DNA of 64,000 bases from an uncultured candidate division Zixibacteria bacterium (GCA_963664195.1 OY760907.1:2592001-2656000); one strand, 5' to 3'; counted from the stretch's first letter, positions 20,805 through 31,008 are shown. Translations and numbers: made by a program. Notes: a model not told the origin generated them from the sequence alone.

Positions 20805-21455
20805 ATGAAACGTACGTTCATCATTGCGACTATTCTTCTGGTATTTGCATTCGCCGTTCCTACCTCACAGGCGGCTGTGGGCACGGCTTTTGGCGCGCTT
20901 TCCACAGCTCAGCCGATAGGACAGGGAGCAGGTGATTTCGGTTTTGGCCTTGGCCTGGGAGATGCCACTACTTTCATGGGTACATTTACGTACGGCATGT
21001 CGAAGTACACCAACGGTCGGTTGAAACTGGGGCTGTTTGACCCCGATGGTGGCGATGCCAAATTCGTTTTTGGTGCCGACTTTGCCTGGCAGTTGTTCTC
21101 GGCCAACGCGGAGCACAACAGACCGGTTGATCTGGCTTTCGGCGGCTTGTTTGAGTACTGCGATTTTGGTGGCGCCTCAATAATGCAGATCGGCGGGTTC
21201 AGTACTGCTGCGTACCCGATGACCATGAAGAACGGTCAGCAGTTAATACCTTACGCCCGGTTCAATCTGCGGATTGAGAGACTCACCTTCGATTTCCCGG
21301 CCGGCGTCACTGTCGACGACTCCGAGAGCAATCTGGAAATCGGCCTCAACGGTGGCGTCAAATGGCAGGCGACGAGCAGCATGTCGTTTTATGGCGAGTT
21401 TCAGCTCGACGGTAACGACGGTCTGTTCCTTGGCATGGACCTGAACGTGATGTAG
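20805..21455 (+). CDS. Exported, probable outer-membrane beta-barrel protein
   Basis: Signal peptide; alternating hydrophobic strands; TTGACA-17-TACGTT at 20736-20764. Confidence 0.7.
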   Translation: MKRTFIIATILLVFAFAVPTSQAAVGTAFGALSTAQPIGQGAGDFGFGLGLGDATTFMGTFTYGMSKYTNGRLKLGLFDPDGGDAKFVFGADFAWQLFSANAEHNRPVDLAFGGLFEYCDFGGASIMQIGGFSTAAYPMTMKNGQQLIPYARFNLRIERLTFDFPAGVTVDDSESNLEIGLNGGVKWQATSSMSFYGEFQLDGNDGLFLGMDLNVM

Positions 21456-21516
21456 ATTTCTCGGCGTGGGCGGTAATTCTGCCGCCCACGAACCTTCTTT
21501 GCGGACCACCCTCTAC

Positions 21517-22290
21517 ATGTCCTATCTTGACGCCATACTCCTTGGAATTCTTCAGGGGCTTACCGAGTTTCTTCCCGTCTCATCATCTGGACACCTTGTC
21601 CTCGCGGAGCATATTCTGGGTGTGAAGGCTTCCGGGCTGACGTTTGAATTGCTGGCCCATGCCGGTACGTTATTGGCCGTGCTCGTGTTCTTCAGAAGGC
21701 AGGTGTGTGAGTTGGTACGGGCCTGCTTCACGCCATCGATGCGAGAAGAACGTCGTATGGTCATGCTGCTGATTATCGGGACGATCCCGGCCGGGCTGGC
21801 CGGCTCGTTTCTGGAGAAGTTCTTTGAGGATGCCTTTTCCAATCCACTCGTGACATCCTGCATGTTACTTGCCACCGGCGCTCTTCTGTTGTCCACGCGA
21901 TTTGTCCCCAAGAGGGAAGAGAAAGTGACAAGAAAGTCGGCTCTGTTGATGGGGCTGGGACAAGCGGTGGCAATCATGCCCGGTGTTTCCCGCTCCGGCA
22001 GCACGATTGCCGTCGGCATGCTGCTGGGTGTGCACCCGTCGAAAGCGGCCGAGTTCTCTTTCCTTCTGGCCATTCCGGCGATTGCGGGCGCACTGGTGCT
22101 CAGATCCCGTGAGTTGCTCGCGATGGATGCCGGACGCCTCGGTGTCTATCTGACAGGGACCTTCTTTGCCTTTGTGTTTGGTCTGTTGGCTGTGTATGTT
22201 GTGTTGAGCGCGATTCGTAAAGGGAAGTTCGAGTATTTCGCGTATTACTGTTTTGCTGTCGGTCTGATAGGACTGTATCTGTTTATCTAA
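21517..22290 (+). CDS. uppP: Undecaprenyl-diphosphate phosphatase (BacA/UppP)
   Basis: QGLTEFLPVSSSGH and PGVSRSGSTI motifs. Confidence 0.95.
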   Translation: MSYLDAILLGILQGLTEFLPVSSSGHLVLAEHILGVKASGLTFELLAHAGTLLAVLVFFRRQVCELVRACFTPSMREERRMVMLLIIGTIPAGLAGSFLEKFFEDAFSNPLVTSCMLLATGALLLSTRFVPKREEKVTRKSALLMGLGQAVAIMPGVSRSGSTIAVGMLLGVHPSKAAEFSFLLAIPAIAGALVLRSRELLAMDAGRLGVYLTGTFFAFVFGLLAVYVVLSAIRKGKFEYFAYYCFAVGLIGLYLFI

Positions 22291-23847
22291 ATGCGGACAA
22301 AGATTCTGGTCGTAAGGTTCGGGTCACTCGGCGATGTTATCCTCACTTCGCCGGCCGTGCTCAACTTCAAACTGAATTACCCCGGCTGCCGACTGGTGTA
22401 TCTCACCAAAGAGCGTTTTCGTTCTGTGGTCGAAATGATCGACGGTGTCGATGAGATATTTACGATTCCTGACCACGCTTCAGGCATTCAGCTGTACAAA
22501 TCTCTGCTGCAGCTCGACGACTACGGGTTTGACATTGTTGTCGACCTGCACGGCAATTTTAGATCATGGTTCACGAGGAAGATCGTTACGGCCAGTCACA
22601 AGCCGGTCTATCCCAAACGACGAGCGGAGCGCGTTCGAGCCGTCAAAGCGACAGTCCAGCCAACAGGCTACCTCCACACGATTGATCTCTACAACGATAC
22701 TTTCAGGCAACTTGGCCGCGAGGTGTACTGCCGTCGCCCTTTGTTGAGAGCGCCGCGAGGTGAGGCCGAGGAACGTCCGACAGTTGTCATCGCGCCCGGA
22801 GCAGCGCATGCCAACAAGCAGTGGCCCGTGGAGCGGTTCGCACAGGTGGCCGAGCGACTGCACGTATCGCACGACGCACGTATCGTGTGGGCGGTTACAT
22901 CGGCTGATGCCGGCGGCCACGATCTCGACAACAGGCTTCCCGCCGACGATTTCACCGAATTGATCGATATGGCTCTGCCGGAGTTGGCTTCAAGGATCGC
23001 CGACGCCTCACTGACAATTGCCAACGACTCAGGGATAGCTCACCTGTCATCGGCTGTCGGAACGCCGGTGGTGGCGGTATTCGGATCAACACATCCGGTT
23101 CTGGGATTCGCGCCGAGGGGTTTGCACGATCGAGTGATGGAAGTTGAGGAGCCGTGCCGCCCCTGCTCGCTTCACGGGGGCAGACCCTGCCATCGTGAAG
23201 AGCGATATTGTTTCACGAGAGTAACGTCGCGGGCAGTGGCTGAGGCCGCTGCGGAGATTCTGAGCGCGCGCGCGAACGAGTCTCCGGCGCTGTTCATCGA
23301 CCGCGACGGTACTATCATCGTTGATAAGGACTATCTGGCCGATCCGGGCGGAGTGGAATTGATCTCCGGTTCAGCCAGGGCGATTAAGCTGGCTCGCGAT
23401 GCCGGCTATAAGATTGTGATCGTCACCAACCAGTCAGGCGTCGCGCGCGGATTTCACAGCATCAAGGATGTCGAGCATACCAATGCCCGAGTACTCGAGG
23501 TTCTGGCTGCGGAGGGGGCAGAGGTCGATGGTTTGTATTACTGTCCGCATCATGCTCGCGAAGGCCTCGTAGCCAAGTATGCGGTGCCCTGCAACTGTCG
23601 CAAACCGCGCGCGGGGATGGCCGAGGAGGCAGCCCTGCAACTCGGGATTAATCTTCGAGAATCAGTGATGATAGGCGATTCGAGCGTGGATCTGGGATTC
23701 GGGAGGGTTTTCGGCGGTCGCTCGCTTCTGGTGCGCACCGGCTACGGTCTTGAAGTCGAGCAAGAGCTGCTGAAGCGGGGGGACAAGCAGTGGGAAGTCT
23801 TTGACGACCTGCTTGCGGCTGTGGGGGCATTGCCCTCGATTTCCTGA
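22291..23847 (+). CDS. GT9 heptosyltransferase (WaaF-like) fused to GmhB-like HAD phosphatase
   Basis: SLGDVIL, KQWP, NDSG..H, PCRPC in the N-part; DRDGT, TNQSG, CPHH, CRKP, GD in the C-part. Confidence 0.88.
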   Translation: MRTKILVVRFGSLGDVILTSPAVLNFKLNYPGCRLVYLTKERFRSVVEMIDGVDEIFTIPDHASGIQLYKSLLQLDDYGFDIVVDLHGNFRSWFTRKIVTASHKPVYPKRRAERVRAVKATVQPTGYLHTIDLYNDTFRQLGREVYCRRPLLRAPRGEAEERPTVVIAPGAAHANKQWPVERFAQVAERLHVSHDARIVWAVTSADAGGHDLDNRLPADDFTELIDMALPELASRIADASLTIANDSGIAHLSSAVGTPVVAVFGSTHPVLGFAPRGLHDRVMEVEEPCRPCSLHGGRPCHREERYCFTRVTSRAVAEAAAEILSARANESPALFIDRDGTIIVDKDYLADPGGVELISGSARAIKLARDAGYKIVIVTNQSGVARGFHSIKDVEHTNARVLEVLAAEGAEVDGLYYCPHHAREGLVAKYAVPCNCRKPRAGMAEEAALQLGINLRESVMIGDSSVDLGFGRVFGGRSLLVRTGYGLEVEQELLKRGDKQWEVFDDLLAAVGALPSIS

Positions 23848-23993
23848 CCCGGGGAGACTCAGGGCGGTGACGAACCTTGCTGCGAGGAGAGTCAACTTTA
23901 TGTCCTGCATGCCGATACAGTCAACTAAGAGCCTCGGCCCCGGGCCGGTAGAATTGATCGTAAACGCAGACCGGAACTGCCTCGTCTTCTATA

Positions 23994-26846
23994 ATGTTAA
24001 TGAGCATGTATCAGCATAAATTCCTTGGACTTAGTATGATTCGAGTCGGGTCACAGACAATCGTGAGATATCTCATTGGAGCCGCCTTGGGCATTGCTCT
24101 GTTTGCGATCCTGACTCCCGATATCCAAGCCCAATACTATTTCGGCAAGAACAAAGTCCAGTACGACAGTTTTGACTGGCAGGTGATGACCACCGAGCAC
24201 TTCAAAATCTACTTCTATACGGACGAGGAAGAGATTGCTCACATCGGAGCGCAGATCGCCGAGGAAGCCTACGACCCGCTCGCAGCCAAATTCAACCATG
24301 AGGTCAAACGTAAAATCCCGCTTATTCTGTATTCGGCCCCGAAGTATTTTGCTCAAACCAACGTCACCGCCGGCATGCTGCCGGAATCAGTAGGTGGCTT
24401 CACTGAATTCTTGAAGGGACGAGTGGTCGTCCCGTACCACGGCTCCTATTTCGATTTCAAGCACGTCATCACCCACGAACTGGTGCACGTGTTCACGCTG
24501 TCCAAACTCGCCGAACAGGCGAGCCGTCGCGGCATCCCCCGCCAGGTTTATCCGCCCCTGTGGTTTATAGAGGGTATTGCGGAATACTGGTCCGAGGATT
24601 GGGACACCGAAGCTGACATGATGATCAAGGATATGGTTCTTAACGGTCAGTTGCTGTCTATCCCTGAATTCTGGCGTGTGCACGGCAGCTACTTTATGTA
24701 CAAGCTGGGACAGTCGGTCTGTCAGTTTATCAACGATGAGTACGGTCCCGACAAACTCACGTACATGTTTGAGAACTGGACTCGCGGACGCACATTTGAG
24801 AAGATTGTCGAACATGCGCTCGGAGACGATCTTGCCGAATTGTCGCGCAAATGGGAATACTCGTTGCAGAAACGGTATTTCCCGGAGATGGACAGCCTCG
24901 GTTTTCCTGATATGGAGTCGGAACGGCTGACATATGATCGCTACTGTGTGAAGGGGGTCCCGATCAACTGGGACGACGGCAAGGGCACCGATGAATGGCT
25001 GGTGTACATGGCCTTCCGTCGCGGTTACACGGGACTATACCTGAAACCAAGAGCGAAGAACGACAAAGGCCGCAAGACCCTGGTCAAGGGTGAGACCTCG
25101 GTGAAGTTCGAGTCCCTGTATATGCTGCGCTCCGGTATTGATGCGACAGATTCAGGACTGGTAGTGTTTTCCTCCAAGTCCAAGGGCAAGGATATTGTTT
25201 ACATATACGACCTCAATGAGATGAAGATTACTGGCGAGCACGTGATCGACGGTCTGGTTGCTGTTCGATCTCCCCGTTTTTCTCCAGATCAGACACAGAT
25301 CGCCTTCACCGGCATCAAGGTGAGCGGGCATTCTGACATTTACCTGCTGAACCTTAGTACAGGCATGTATCAGTCGGTTACCGACGACATCTACAACGAT
25401 CTGGACCCAACCTTCACCCTGGATGGCGGTCGGCTGTTGTTTGCCTCCGACCGTTCCGCTGAAGGAAAACGTGGCGCTTCAAACCTGTTTGAGGTCGATC
25501 TGCAGGACCACGCTATTCGGCAGTTGACCTGGGGCGACTATCAGGACCAGACTCCGGATGCGACGGAAAATGGGATTTACTTCTCATCGAATCGGGCTGA
25601 CTCGTACAACCTGTTCCTGTTGGACAACGACGGTCGGATAACCAGACAGTCCACCTATGCGACCGGGGCGCTCGACCCGAGGCTTTCCTCTGACGGCGCC
25701 ACGCTCACGTACTCCGGCTATCAGAATATGAAGTTTCAGGTCTACCAGATGGACCTGACTCCGGAGCCGGAGCCGATGCAAATCGCGGACGCTCAGGCGG
25801 CAGAAGCAAGCTGGGAGCCGTCGAAGATCGACGTCGAATACCGGAACGCCTCTGTCAAGTACGACGTTGACTACTCGCTTGATATCGCGCAGTCGATGAT
25901 CGCGTATGATCCCATCTACGGGTCGGTCGGCGGAATTCAGGTCGCGCTCTCCGATGTTCTCGGCGACCATTCGTATTACATACTTCTCACAAATACGGCC
26001 GATACCAAGGATGAGTTTCTGTCGTCGTTTAATGTTGGCGTGACCTACATCAACCGCAAAAAACGAATCAACTGGGGTATCGGTGCCTTCCATTTGTACG
26101 ACGAGTATTTCAACGATGCCGATCAGTATTACTATCAGCGTCAGGCAGGAGCCATCGGGCTGGTAAGCTACCCGGTATCCAAATTCAGCCGATTCGATGT
26201 GACGACGTTTGTTCGTCATGAGCACAAAGATCGACGCTACGGACTTCAAGACCGTAAGGGATTCGTGGCAACCAGTCACTTGAGCTGGGTGTACGACAAC
26301 TCGATCTGGGATATCTCGGGACCGATTGAAGGGCGTCGATATAATCTGTCGGTCGGCTTCACGCACTCGTTCACCGAGGGACGAGGATTCAATCGGGTTG
26401 CTTTCGCCGATATTCGTCACTACTTCCGGCTCGGCTCGGCATCCGCTTTCGCCAACCGGTTGTACGGGTTCACTTCGAGTGGTGTGGAACCGCAACGAGT
26501 GTATTTTGGCGGGAGTTGGTCGTTTCGTGGCTACGACCGACGTGCGTTCTACAATCGCAACATTATCTTTGCGTCCAACGAGCTTCGGTTCCCGCTGATA
26601 GACGCCCTGCTAATCGGCTTCCCGATTGGAGGACTCGGATTCCAGGGGATACGGGGAGCCTTGTTTTTTGACGTCGGATCGGCCTGGGATGATGAATACG
26701 GCGAGCTTCTCGGCTCCTACGGAGCAGGTTTCAGAGTGGGGCTGGGATACCTTGTGGTTCTCCGGTTTGACTTTGCGAAACGAACCGATTTCGAGACATC
26801 CAGTCCGGGGTGGGATTTTGACTTCTTCTTCGGTTGGAATTTCTGA
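23994..26846 (+). CDS. Omp85/BamA-family protein with N-terminal MA-type metallopeptidase-like domain and TolB/PD40 propeller
   Basis: FGKNKVQY start of mature protein, HELVH + WFIEG, PxFSPD repeats, FRGY loop-6 motif, C-terminal Phe; real start probably later (24036 or 24063). Confidence 0.85.
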   Translation: MLMSMYQHKFLGLSMIRVGSQTIVRYLIGAALGIALFAILTPDIQAQYYFGKNKVQYDSFDWQVMTTEHFKIYFYTDEEEIAHIGAQIAEEAYDPLAAKFNHEVKRKIPLILYSAPKYFAQTNVTAGMLPESVGGFTEFLKGRVVVPYHGSYFDFKHVITHELVHVFTLSKLAEQASRRGIPRQVYPPLWFIEGIAEYWSEDWDTEADMMIKDMVLNGQLLSIPEFWRVHGSYFMYKLGQSVCQFINDEYGPDKLTYMFENWTRGRTFEKIVEHALGDDLAELSRKWEYSLQKRYFPEMDSLGFPDMESERLTYDRYCVKGVPINWDDGKGTDEWLVYMAFRRGYTGLYLKPRAKNDKGRKTLVKGETSVKFESLYMLRSGIDATDSGLVVFSSKSKGKDIVYIYDLNEMKITGEHVIDGLVAVRSPRFSPDQTQIAFTGIKVSGHSDIYLLNLSTGMYQSVTDDIYNDLDPTFTLDGGRLLFASDRSAEGKRGASNLFEVDLQDHAIRQLTWGDYQDQTPDATENGIYFSSNRADSYNLFLLDNDGRITRQSTYATGALDPRLSSDGATLTYSGYQNMKFQVYQMDLTPEPEPMQIADAQAAEASWEPSKIDVEYRNASVKYDVDYSLDIAQSMIAYDPIYGSVGGIQVALSDVLGDHSYYILLTNTADTKDEFLSSFNVGVTYINRKKRINWGIGAFHLYDEYFNDADQYYYQRQAGAIGLVSYPVSKFSRFDVTTFVRHEHKDRRYGLQDRKGFVATSHLSWVYDNSIWDISGPIEGRRYNLSVGFTHSFTEGRGFNRVAFADIRHYFRLGSASAFANRLYGFTSSGVEPQRVYFGGSWSFRGYDRRAFYNRNIIFASNELRFPLIDALLIGFPIGGLGFQGIRGALFFDVGSAWDDEYGELLGSYGAGFRVGLGYLVVLRFDFAKRTDFETSSPGWDFDFFFGWNF

Positions 26847-28027
26847 TGCTCAGAATTCAGAGAATCATACTGCTGTGCCTGCTCTTGTGTCTTGTCTCCT
26901 GTGGCAAGAAATACCGTCTTCATGAAGAGGATATCTCTGAAACGTCGATCTGGCCTTACTCGCGGGGAGAGGCATCGGCGCTCGGATCGGCCGAAAACGC
27001 GCGTTTTGCGGGCCGTCTGGGGTTTGTCTGGGAATCCGGTATGAATGGCAAGCCGGCCGGACCGCCCGCGTTGTACCACAACACCATAGTATGTCCTGAA
27101 AACCGGAAGAGAATCTGTTTCTGGAACCGCGAAACAGGCCAAAACCTTGGGCGAGTTAAGATTAAAGGAATCCCCTATAGCGGCGTCGTCATCAGCGGTC
27201 AGACCGCTTTTGTCGCTGCAGGGCCGAAACGAAACGAGTTGCTGGCCTACGATCTGGTAGGCCGTAACACGCTGTGGGAACTTCCGCTAAGGGATGCCAA
27301 CGCCGGTCCGATACTAATTAATAGCCGTTTGTTGGTTAGCACACGCGGAGGTACGCTCATGGCGGTCTCCCCGGACGACGGCAGCAGGGATTGGACATTC
27401 AGAACTGACGATCGCTTTACGGCTTCGGCCAGTGTCGGCGATGGTCGGATATTCCAGCCCGCGGATAACGGACGCCTGTATGCAGTTTCGGTCGATGACG
27501 GCAGGGAACTGTATCGGATTGATCTGGAAGGACCAATCGTTGGCGTGCCTGCCGTTACGAATCGTGTCTACACCGCGGACGTGACAGGTAGCGTGTATGC
27601 ACTGGAGCCTGCGACCGGCGAAATCGTCTGGGAGCAGCACGTTGGTCATCCGGTCTGGACGTCGCCGGCGGTTGCGCATGGGCGATTGTTTGTCGGGCAT
27701 TCAGACGGCGGAGTTGTTGCGCTCGACGCTCTCACGGGTGAGCAATTGTGGACCTTCGACGCCGTGGAGGTTGTCAGAGCGTCGCCGCTGGCCGTCGGAC
27801 AGTATGTGGTTGTTGCCACCATGGGTGGCCATGTGTACGTGATCGGTGCCGACAGCGGTGAAGTTGTCGACTCGACCGAGGTCAAAGGCGGAGTTTTGTA
27901 CCCACCGATAACCGACGGCACACGGGTGTATGTGACAACCCAGGCAGGGAAAATCGTTTGTTTCGGAGAGAATGATGAGCAAGTCAGTACAGCGGATCAA
28001 GGAATCAACGCTCAGCACGAACCTTAA
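26846..28027 (+). CDS. PQQ-type beta-propeller lipoprotein (BamB-like)
   Basis: Lipobox LVSC; repeated A....G...W blades; TGATG overlap with the Omp85 stop. Confidence 0.82.
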   Translation: MLRIQRIILLCLLLCLVSCGKKYRLHEEDISETSIWPYSRGEASALGSAENARFAGRLGFVWESGMNGKPAGPPALYHNTIVCPENRKRICFWNRETGQNLGRVKIKGIPYSGVVISGQTAFVAAGPKRNELLAYDLVGRNTLWELPLRDANAGPILINSRLLVSTRGGTLMAVSPDDGSRDWTFRTDDRFTASASVGDGRIFQPADNGRLYAVSVDDGRELYRIDLEGPIVGVPAVTNRVYTADVTGSVYALEPATGEIVWEQHVGHPVWTSPAVAHGRLFVGHSDGGVVALDALTGEQLWTFDAVEVVRASPLAVGQYVVVATMGGHVYVIGADSGEVVDSTEVKGGVLYPPITDGTRVYVTTQAGKIVCFGENDEQVSTADQGINAQHEP

Positions 28028-30194
28028 CGAAAGCGCTCACAATCTTGTCCGCGAGCTGGCGATGGCTTGCCGCAAGATGTCGATTTACGGAGCCGGGCAT
28101 CCCCAGTCGGCCAGGGCTGTCGAAAAACCGTTCTTTGTCTTTGGCGAAATCTTCGCCTTCAAATCAGTAGTGAATTTGAATGTCCGTCGCGGACAACTGT
28201 TCGTTATGAACATTCTGTTGAAAGAATCCGTATTCACTCAGCAGGTGATTCAGTTTCTTCAGGCGTTCGATATTACCGGTATCGTGTTTGACCGTTCATT
28301 GTCGATTCAACAACTGACCACGTTCTTGATGAACATCGTCTCACGCGATTCCATGAGTGAGCTAAGCACCGCTCTTCGGGAGTCCGGTGGAACCTCCGGC
28401 GACGAGCCGCTACAGGTGAACTCAGAATTGGCGAACTCATTGTTTGAGAACCGGAAAATGTACCGTGGCGATGTCAGCGGCGACTACTCGGTCCGCCGTC
28501 TCGCGCTTGACCAGTTGGAGGGTGACCTCTGTCATCTGGCCAGAATTCAGCGGGCAAGTCGCAGGACGTTGCTGCAAATGGCGGTTGATTTCCGGTCGTC
28601 GGTGCTGGAGTATTTGCTCCCTGAGCGATTGGCTGCCTTCCCGCCCGAGGAGATTCGCAGTACGCTGAAAGACCTGGCTCAGACGATCAACTCCGGAGAG
28701 GCCGATGCGCAGGGAACCAAGGACGCGACCAACAAATACATGGCCATCTTTCGCCTGGTCGAGTTCCATCCCGACAAGAACAGCATCGTTGAAGATCTCG
28801 AGGACCAGCCGGTGTCCGATCCTAATCTGGTTGAAAACGGTATTGATCCGATGTCTACTACCGGCGCTTTGAAGCTGGAGGTGAACACCCGGATCGACAA
28901 TCTGGTGCAGGATCTGTTCTCTACCGGCAACCGAGACTTCAACGTGGTCGAGTTTGTGGATTCGTTCACTCGTCTGCTCAAGACAGGGCAGCGACCCAAA
29001 GCGATCGAGGTTGTCAGCCGGCTGATTGATTTCATGGGGTCCTCCGATTCTGATCAGCGCCAGAAATCTCTCAACCTGCTGGGAGCGGTATTCGGCGAAC
29101 TGAACCTCGAAACTGATCAGTCTGTTCTCGATGCGACCGTCGATGCCATTGTCGAGCGCCTGGAATCACGGCGGGAAACGTATGAATACTCAGAACTGGT
29201 CTCTCGATTGTTTGATCTCTGCTTCTCCGAACGACAACTTGAACTGATGTCGAAACTGACTAGAGCGATGGCCCGACGACGCGTCATCAACGGCAATGTA
29301 ACCGTGTACGATTCGATGGCCGTCAAGAAGGCTTTCGAGAATATCTCGCGTGAGGATACCGTTAAGCTGCTCGTGCGCTCGGTGATCCAGGCAACACGTG
29401 ACCAGGTCGGCTGCCTCAAGGATATCATGGTGGCGATCGGCACCGAAGAGGTTGCTCTCGGTTTGTCTCGAATCATCTCCCATCCCGCCAGACCGGTGCG
29501 CCAGTTTACTCTCCGGACACTCGCCGAACTCGGGAAATCGTCGCTGAAAGTGTATTCGCAAATTTTGGGCGATGATGCCATGTTTGAACGACCCGAGGGG
29601 CGTCGCGAAATGCCGGATGAAAAGTACTATGTGGTCAGGAATTCGATTTTTGTTCTCGGCTCGATTCAGGACCCGGCCGGTGTGTCGGCACTCCGGGCAC
29701 ATATCGGAGACACCGATGTCAGGGTCAAGCGCGAGATCATCAGCGCGCTTGAGAAGATAGGCGGCGAGGACGCCGTTGACTGTCTGATGCTCATGGCCGA
29801 GGATGAATTGCTCGAGATCCGTGAGGCCGCAGTAATCGCAATTGGCCTGATTGGCACCCCCGAAGCCGCCCCGCTCCTTACCGATCTTGCCCGACGTATG
29901 CCCGGCGTGTCACTGAAGGCGGTCAGCGCGCTTGGCAAAATAGGCGGGGATCAGGCCAGAGAATTCCTCTGCGCACTGCTTGAGAACCCGCGTGATCTGT
30001 ATGATACTATCGGGGGGCGAGTCTCCAAGGATGAGCTTAGGCTGGCCACGATAAGAGGATTGGGGAGGATAGGGGATAGTGAAGCAATTGGAAGTCTGCG
30101 GAGCTTCCAGGAAAGCCGTTCGGGTGCCTCAAAACTATTTTTCAAGAATTCTTCCGTAAACAAGGCGATTACCGAAATTCTCTCTCGCCAGTAA
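27972..30194 (+). CDS. HEAT-repeat protein
   Basis: C-terminal VR..AV.ALG.IG repeats; N-terminal SIYGAGHP helix motif. Confidence 0.8.
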   Translation: MMSKSVQRIKESTLSTNLNESAHNLVRELAMACRKMSIYGAGHPQSARAVEKPFFVFGEIFAFKSVVNLNVRRGQLFVMNILLKESVFTQQVIQFLQAFDITGIVFDRSLSIQQLTTFLMNIVSRDSMSELSTALRESGGTSGDEPLQVNSELANSLFENRKMYRGDVSGDYSVRRLALDQLEGDLCHLARIQRASRRTLLQMAVDFRSSVLEYLLPERLAAFPPEEIRSTLKDLAQTINSGEADAQGTKDATNKYMAIFRLVEFHPDKNSIVEDLEDQPVSDPNLVENGIDPMSTTGALKLEVNTRIDNLVQDLFSTGNRDFNVVEFVDSFTRLLKTGQRPKAIEVVSRLIDFMGSSDSDQRQKSLNLLGAVFGELNLETDQSVLDATVDAIVERLESRRETYEYSELVSRLFDLCFSERQLELMSKLTRAMARRRVINGNVTVYDSMAVKKAFENISREDTVKLLVRSVIQATRDQVGCLKDIMVAIGTEEVALGLSRIISHPARPVRQFTLRTLAELGKSSLKVYSQILGDDAMFERPEGRREMPDEKYYVVRNSIFVLGSIQDPAGVSALRAHIGDTDVRVKREIISALEKIGGEDAVDCLMLMAEDELLEIREAAVIAIGLIGTPEAAPLLTDLARRMPGVSLKAVSALGKIGGDQAREFLCALLENPRDLYDTIGGRVSKDELRLATIRGLGRIGDSEAIGSLRSFQESRSGASKLFFKNSSVNKAITEILSRQ

Positions 30195-30216
30195 TTCCGA
30201 CAATTGCGAATGCGAG

Positions 30217-30292
30217 CGCCATAATGGCAGTACGATGTCATTATGGCGCTTTTTGTTTGCCGTTTTGACACGGATGACTGCCATTATGGCTG
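30217..30292. promoter_or_regulatory. Four tandem palindromic sites (YGYCRTWWTGRC), probable enhancer/UAS array
   Basis: CGCCATAATGGCA 30217, TGTCATTATGGCG 30236, TGCCGTTTTGACA 30258, TGCCATTATGGCT 30279; 19-22 bp spacing. Confidence 0.65.
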
Positions 30293-30365
30293 TTGATTGT
30301 CGTGTTTCTGGCGGTGTCGGTTCTGCTGTAAACGTAAGTCGTTATACATAAGTCACTTCGCGATT

Positions 30366-30382
30366 TTGGCACGGAGGTTGTA
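30366..30382 (+). promoter_or_regulatory. Sigma-54 promoter of hsp20
   Basis: TTGGCACGGAGGTTGTA: perfect -24 box, GT instead of GC at -12. Confidence 0.65.
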
Positions 30383-30454
30383 TTAGTCATTGGCGTATGC
30401 GAAAGCAAAACGAAAAACAGACAGTGACACAAATACTGGACAAGGAGAAGTAAG

Positions 30455-30916
30455 ATGTACAACATGATGAATCGCCCGAACAGATGCACGGTTGAGCGCC
30501 CGCACACCTTTGGCAACTTCGACAGCTTCGATGGCTTTTTCGAGGACTTTTTTGGCCGCCCGGCGAGGCGTTCCGCTGAGTCCACGGATTTCTCACCGAG
30601 AGTCAACATCAACGAAACGGACGAAAACGTGCGCCTGACCTTTGAGCTTCCTGGGATGGAAAAGGCAGACATCAAGGTGGCGGTAGCCGACGACATGCTG
30701 ACGGTGTCCGGCAAGCGAGAGTTCTCATCGGAAGAGAACAAAAACGGTCTTATCCGGTCCGAGATTAGAACCGGGTCGTTCAGCAGGTCGTTCAGTCTGT
30801 CAGACACGATTGACCGTGAGAAAATCTCAGCCGACTACAAGAACGGCCTCCTGGAGGTCACGTTGGCGAAGGCTGAGGAAGTGAAGCCGAGAGAGATCGA
30901 CGTACAGATTTCCTGA
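30455..30916 (+). CDS. Hsp20/alpha-crystallin small heat-shock protein
   Basis: P.VNI.E, ELPG, L.VSGKR, E...GSFSRSF, A.YKNGLLEV motifs; AAGGAG RBS. Confidence 0.95.
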   Translation: MYNMMNRPNRCTVERPHTFGNFDSFDGFFEDFFGRPARRSAESTDFSPRVNINETDENVRLTFELPGMEKADIKVAVADDMLTVSGKREFSSEENKNGLIRSEIRTGSFSRSFSLSDTIDREKISADYKNGLLEVTLAKAEEVKPREIDVQIS

Positions 30917-30950
30917 AAGTAGTCATATCTCATCGCGTGTAGCTGTAAGC

Positions 30951-30982
30951 GAGAGGCCGGCGGGAAACCGTCGGCCTTTCTT
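30951..30982 (+). terminator. Rho-independent terminator after hsp20
   Basis: AGGCCGGCGG-GAAA-CCGTCGGCCT followed by TTCTT. Confidence 0.75.
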
Positions 30983-31008
30983 GAGGGTCCTTGCCAACAG
31001 CAGTCTTC

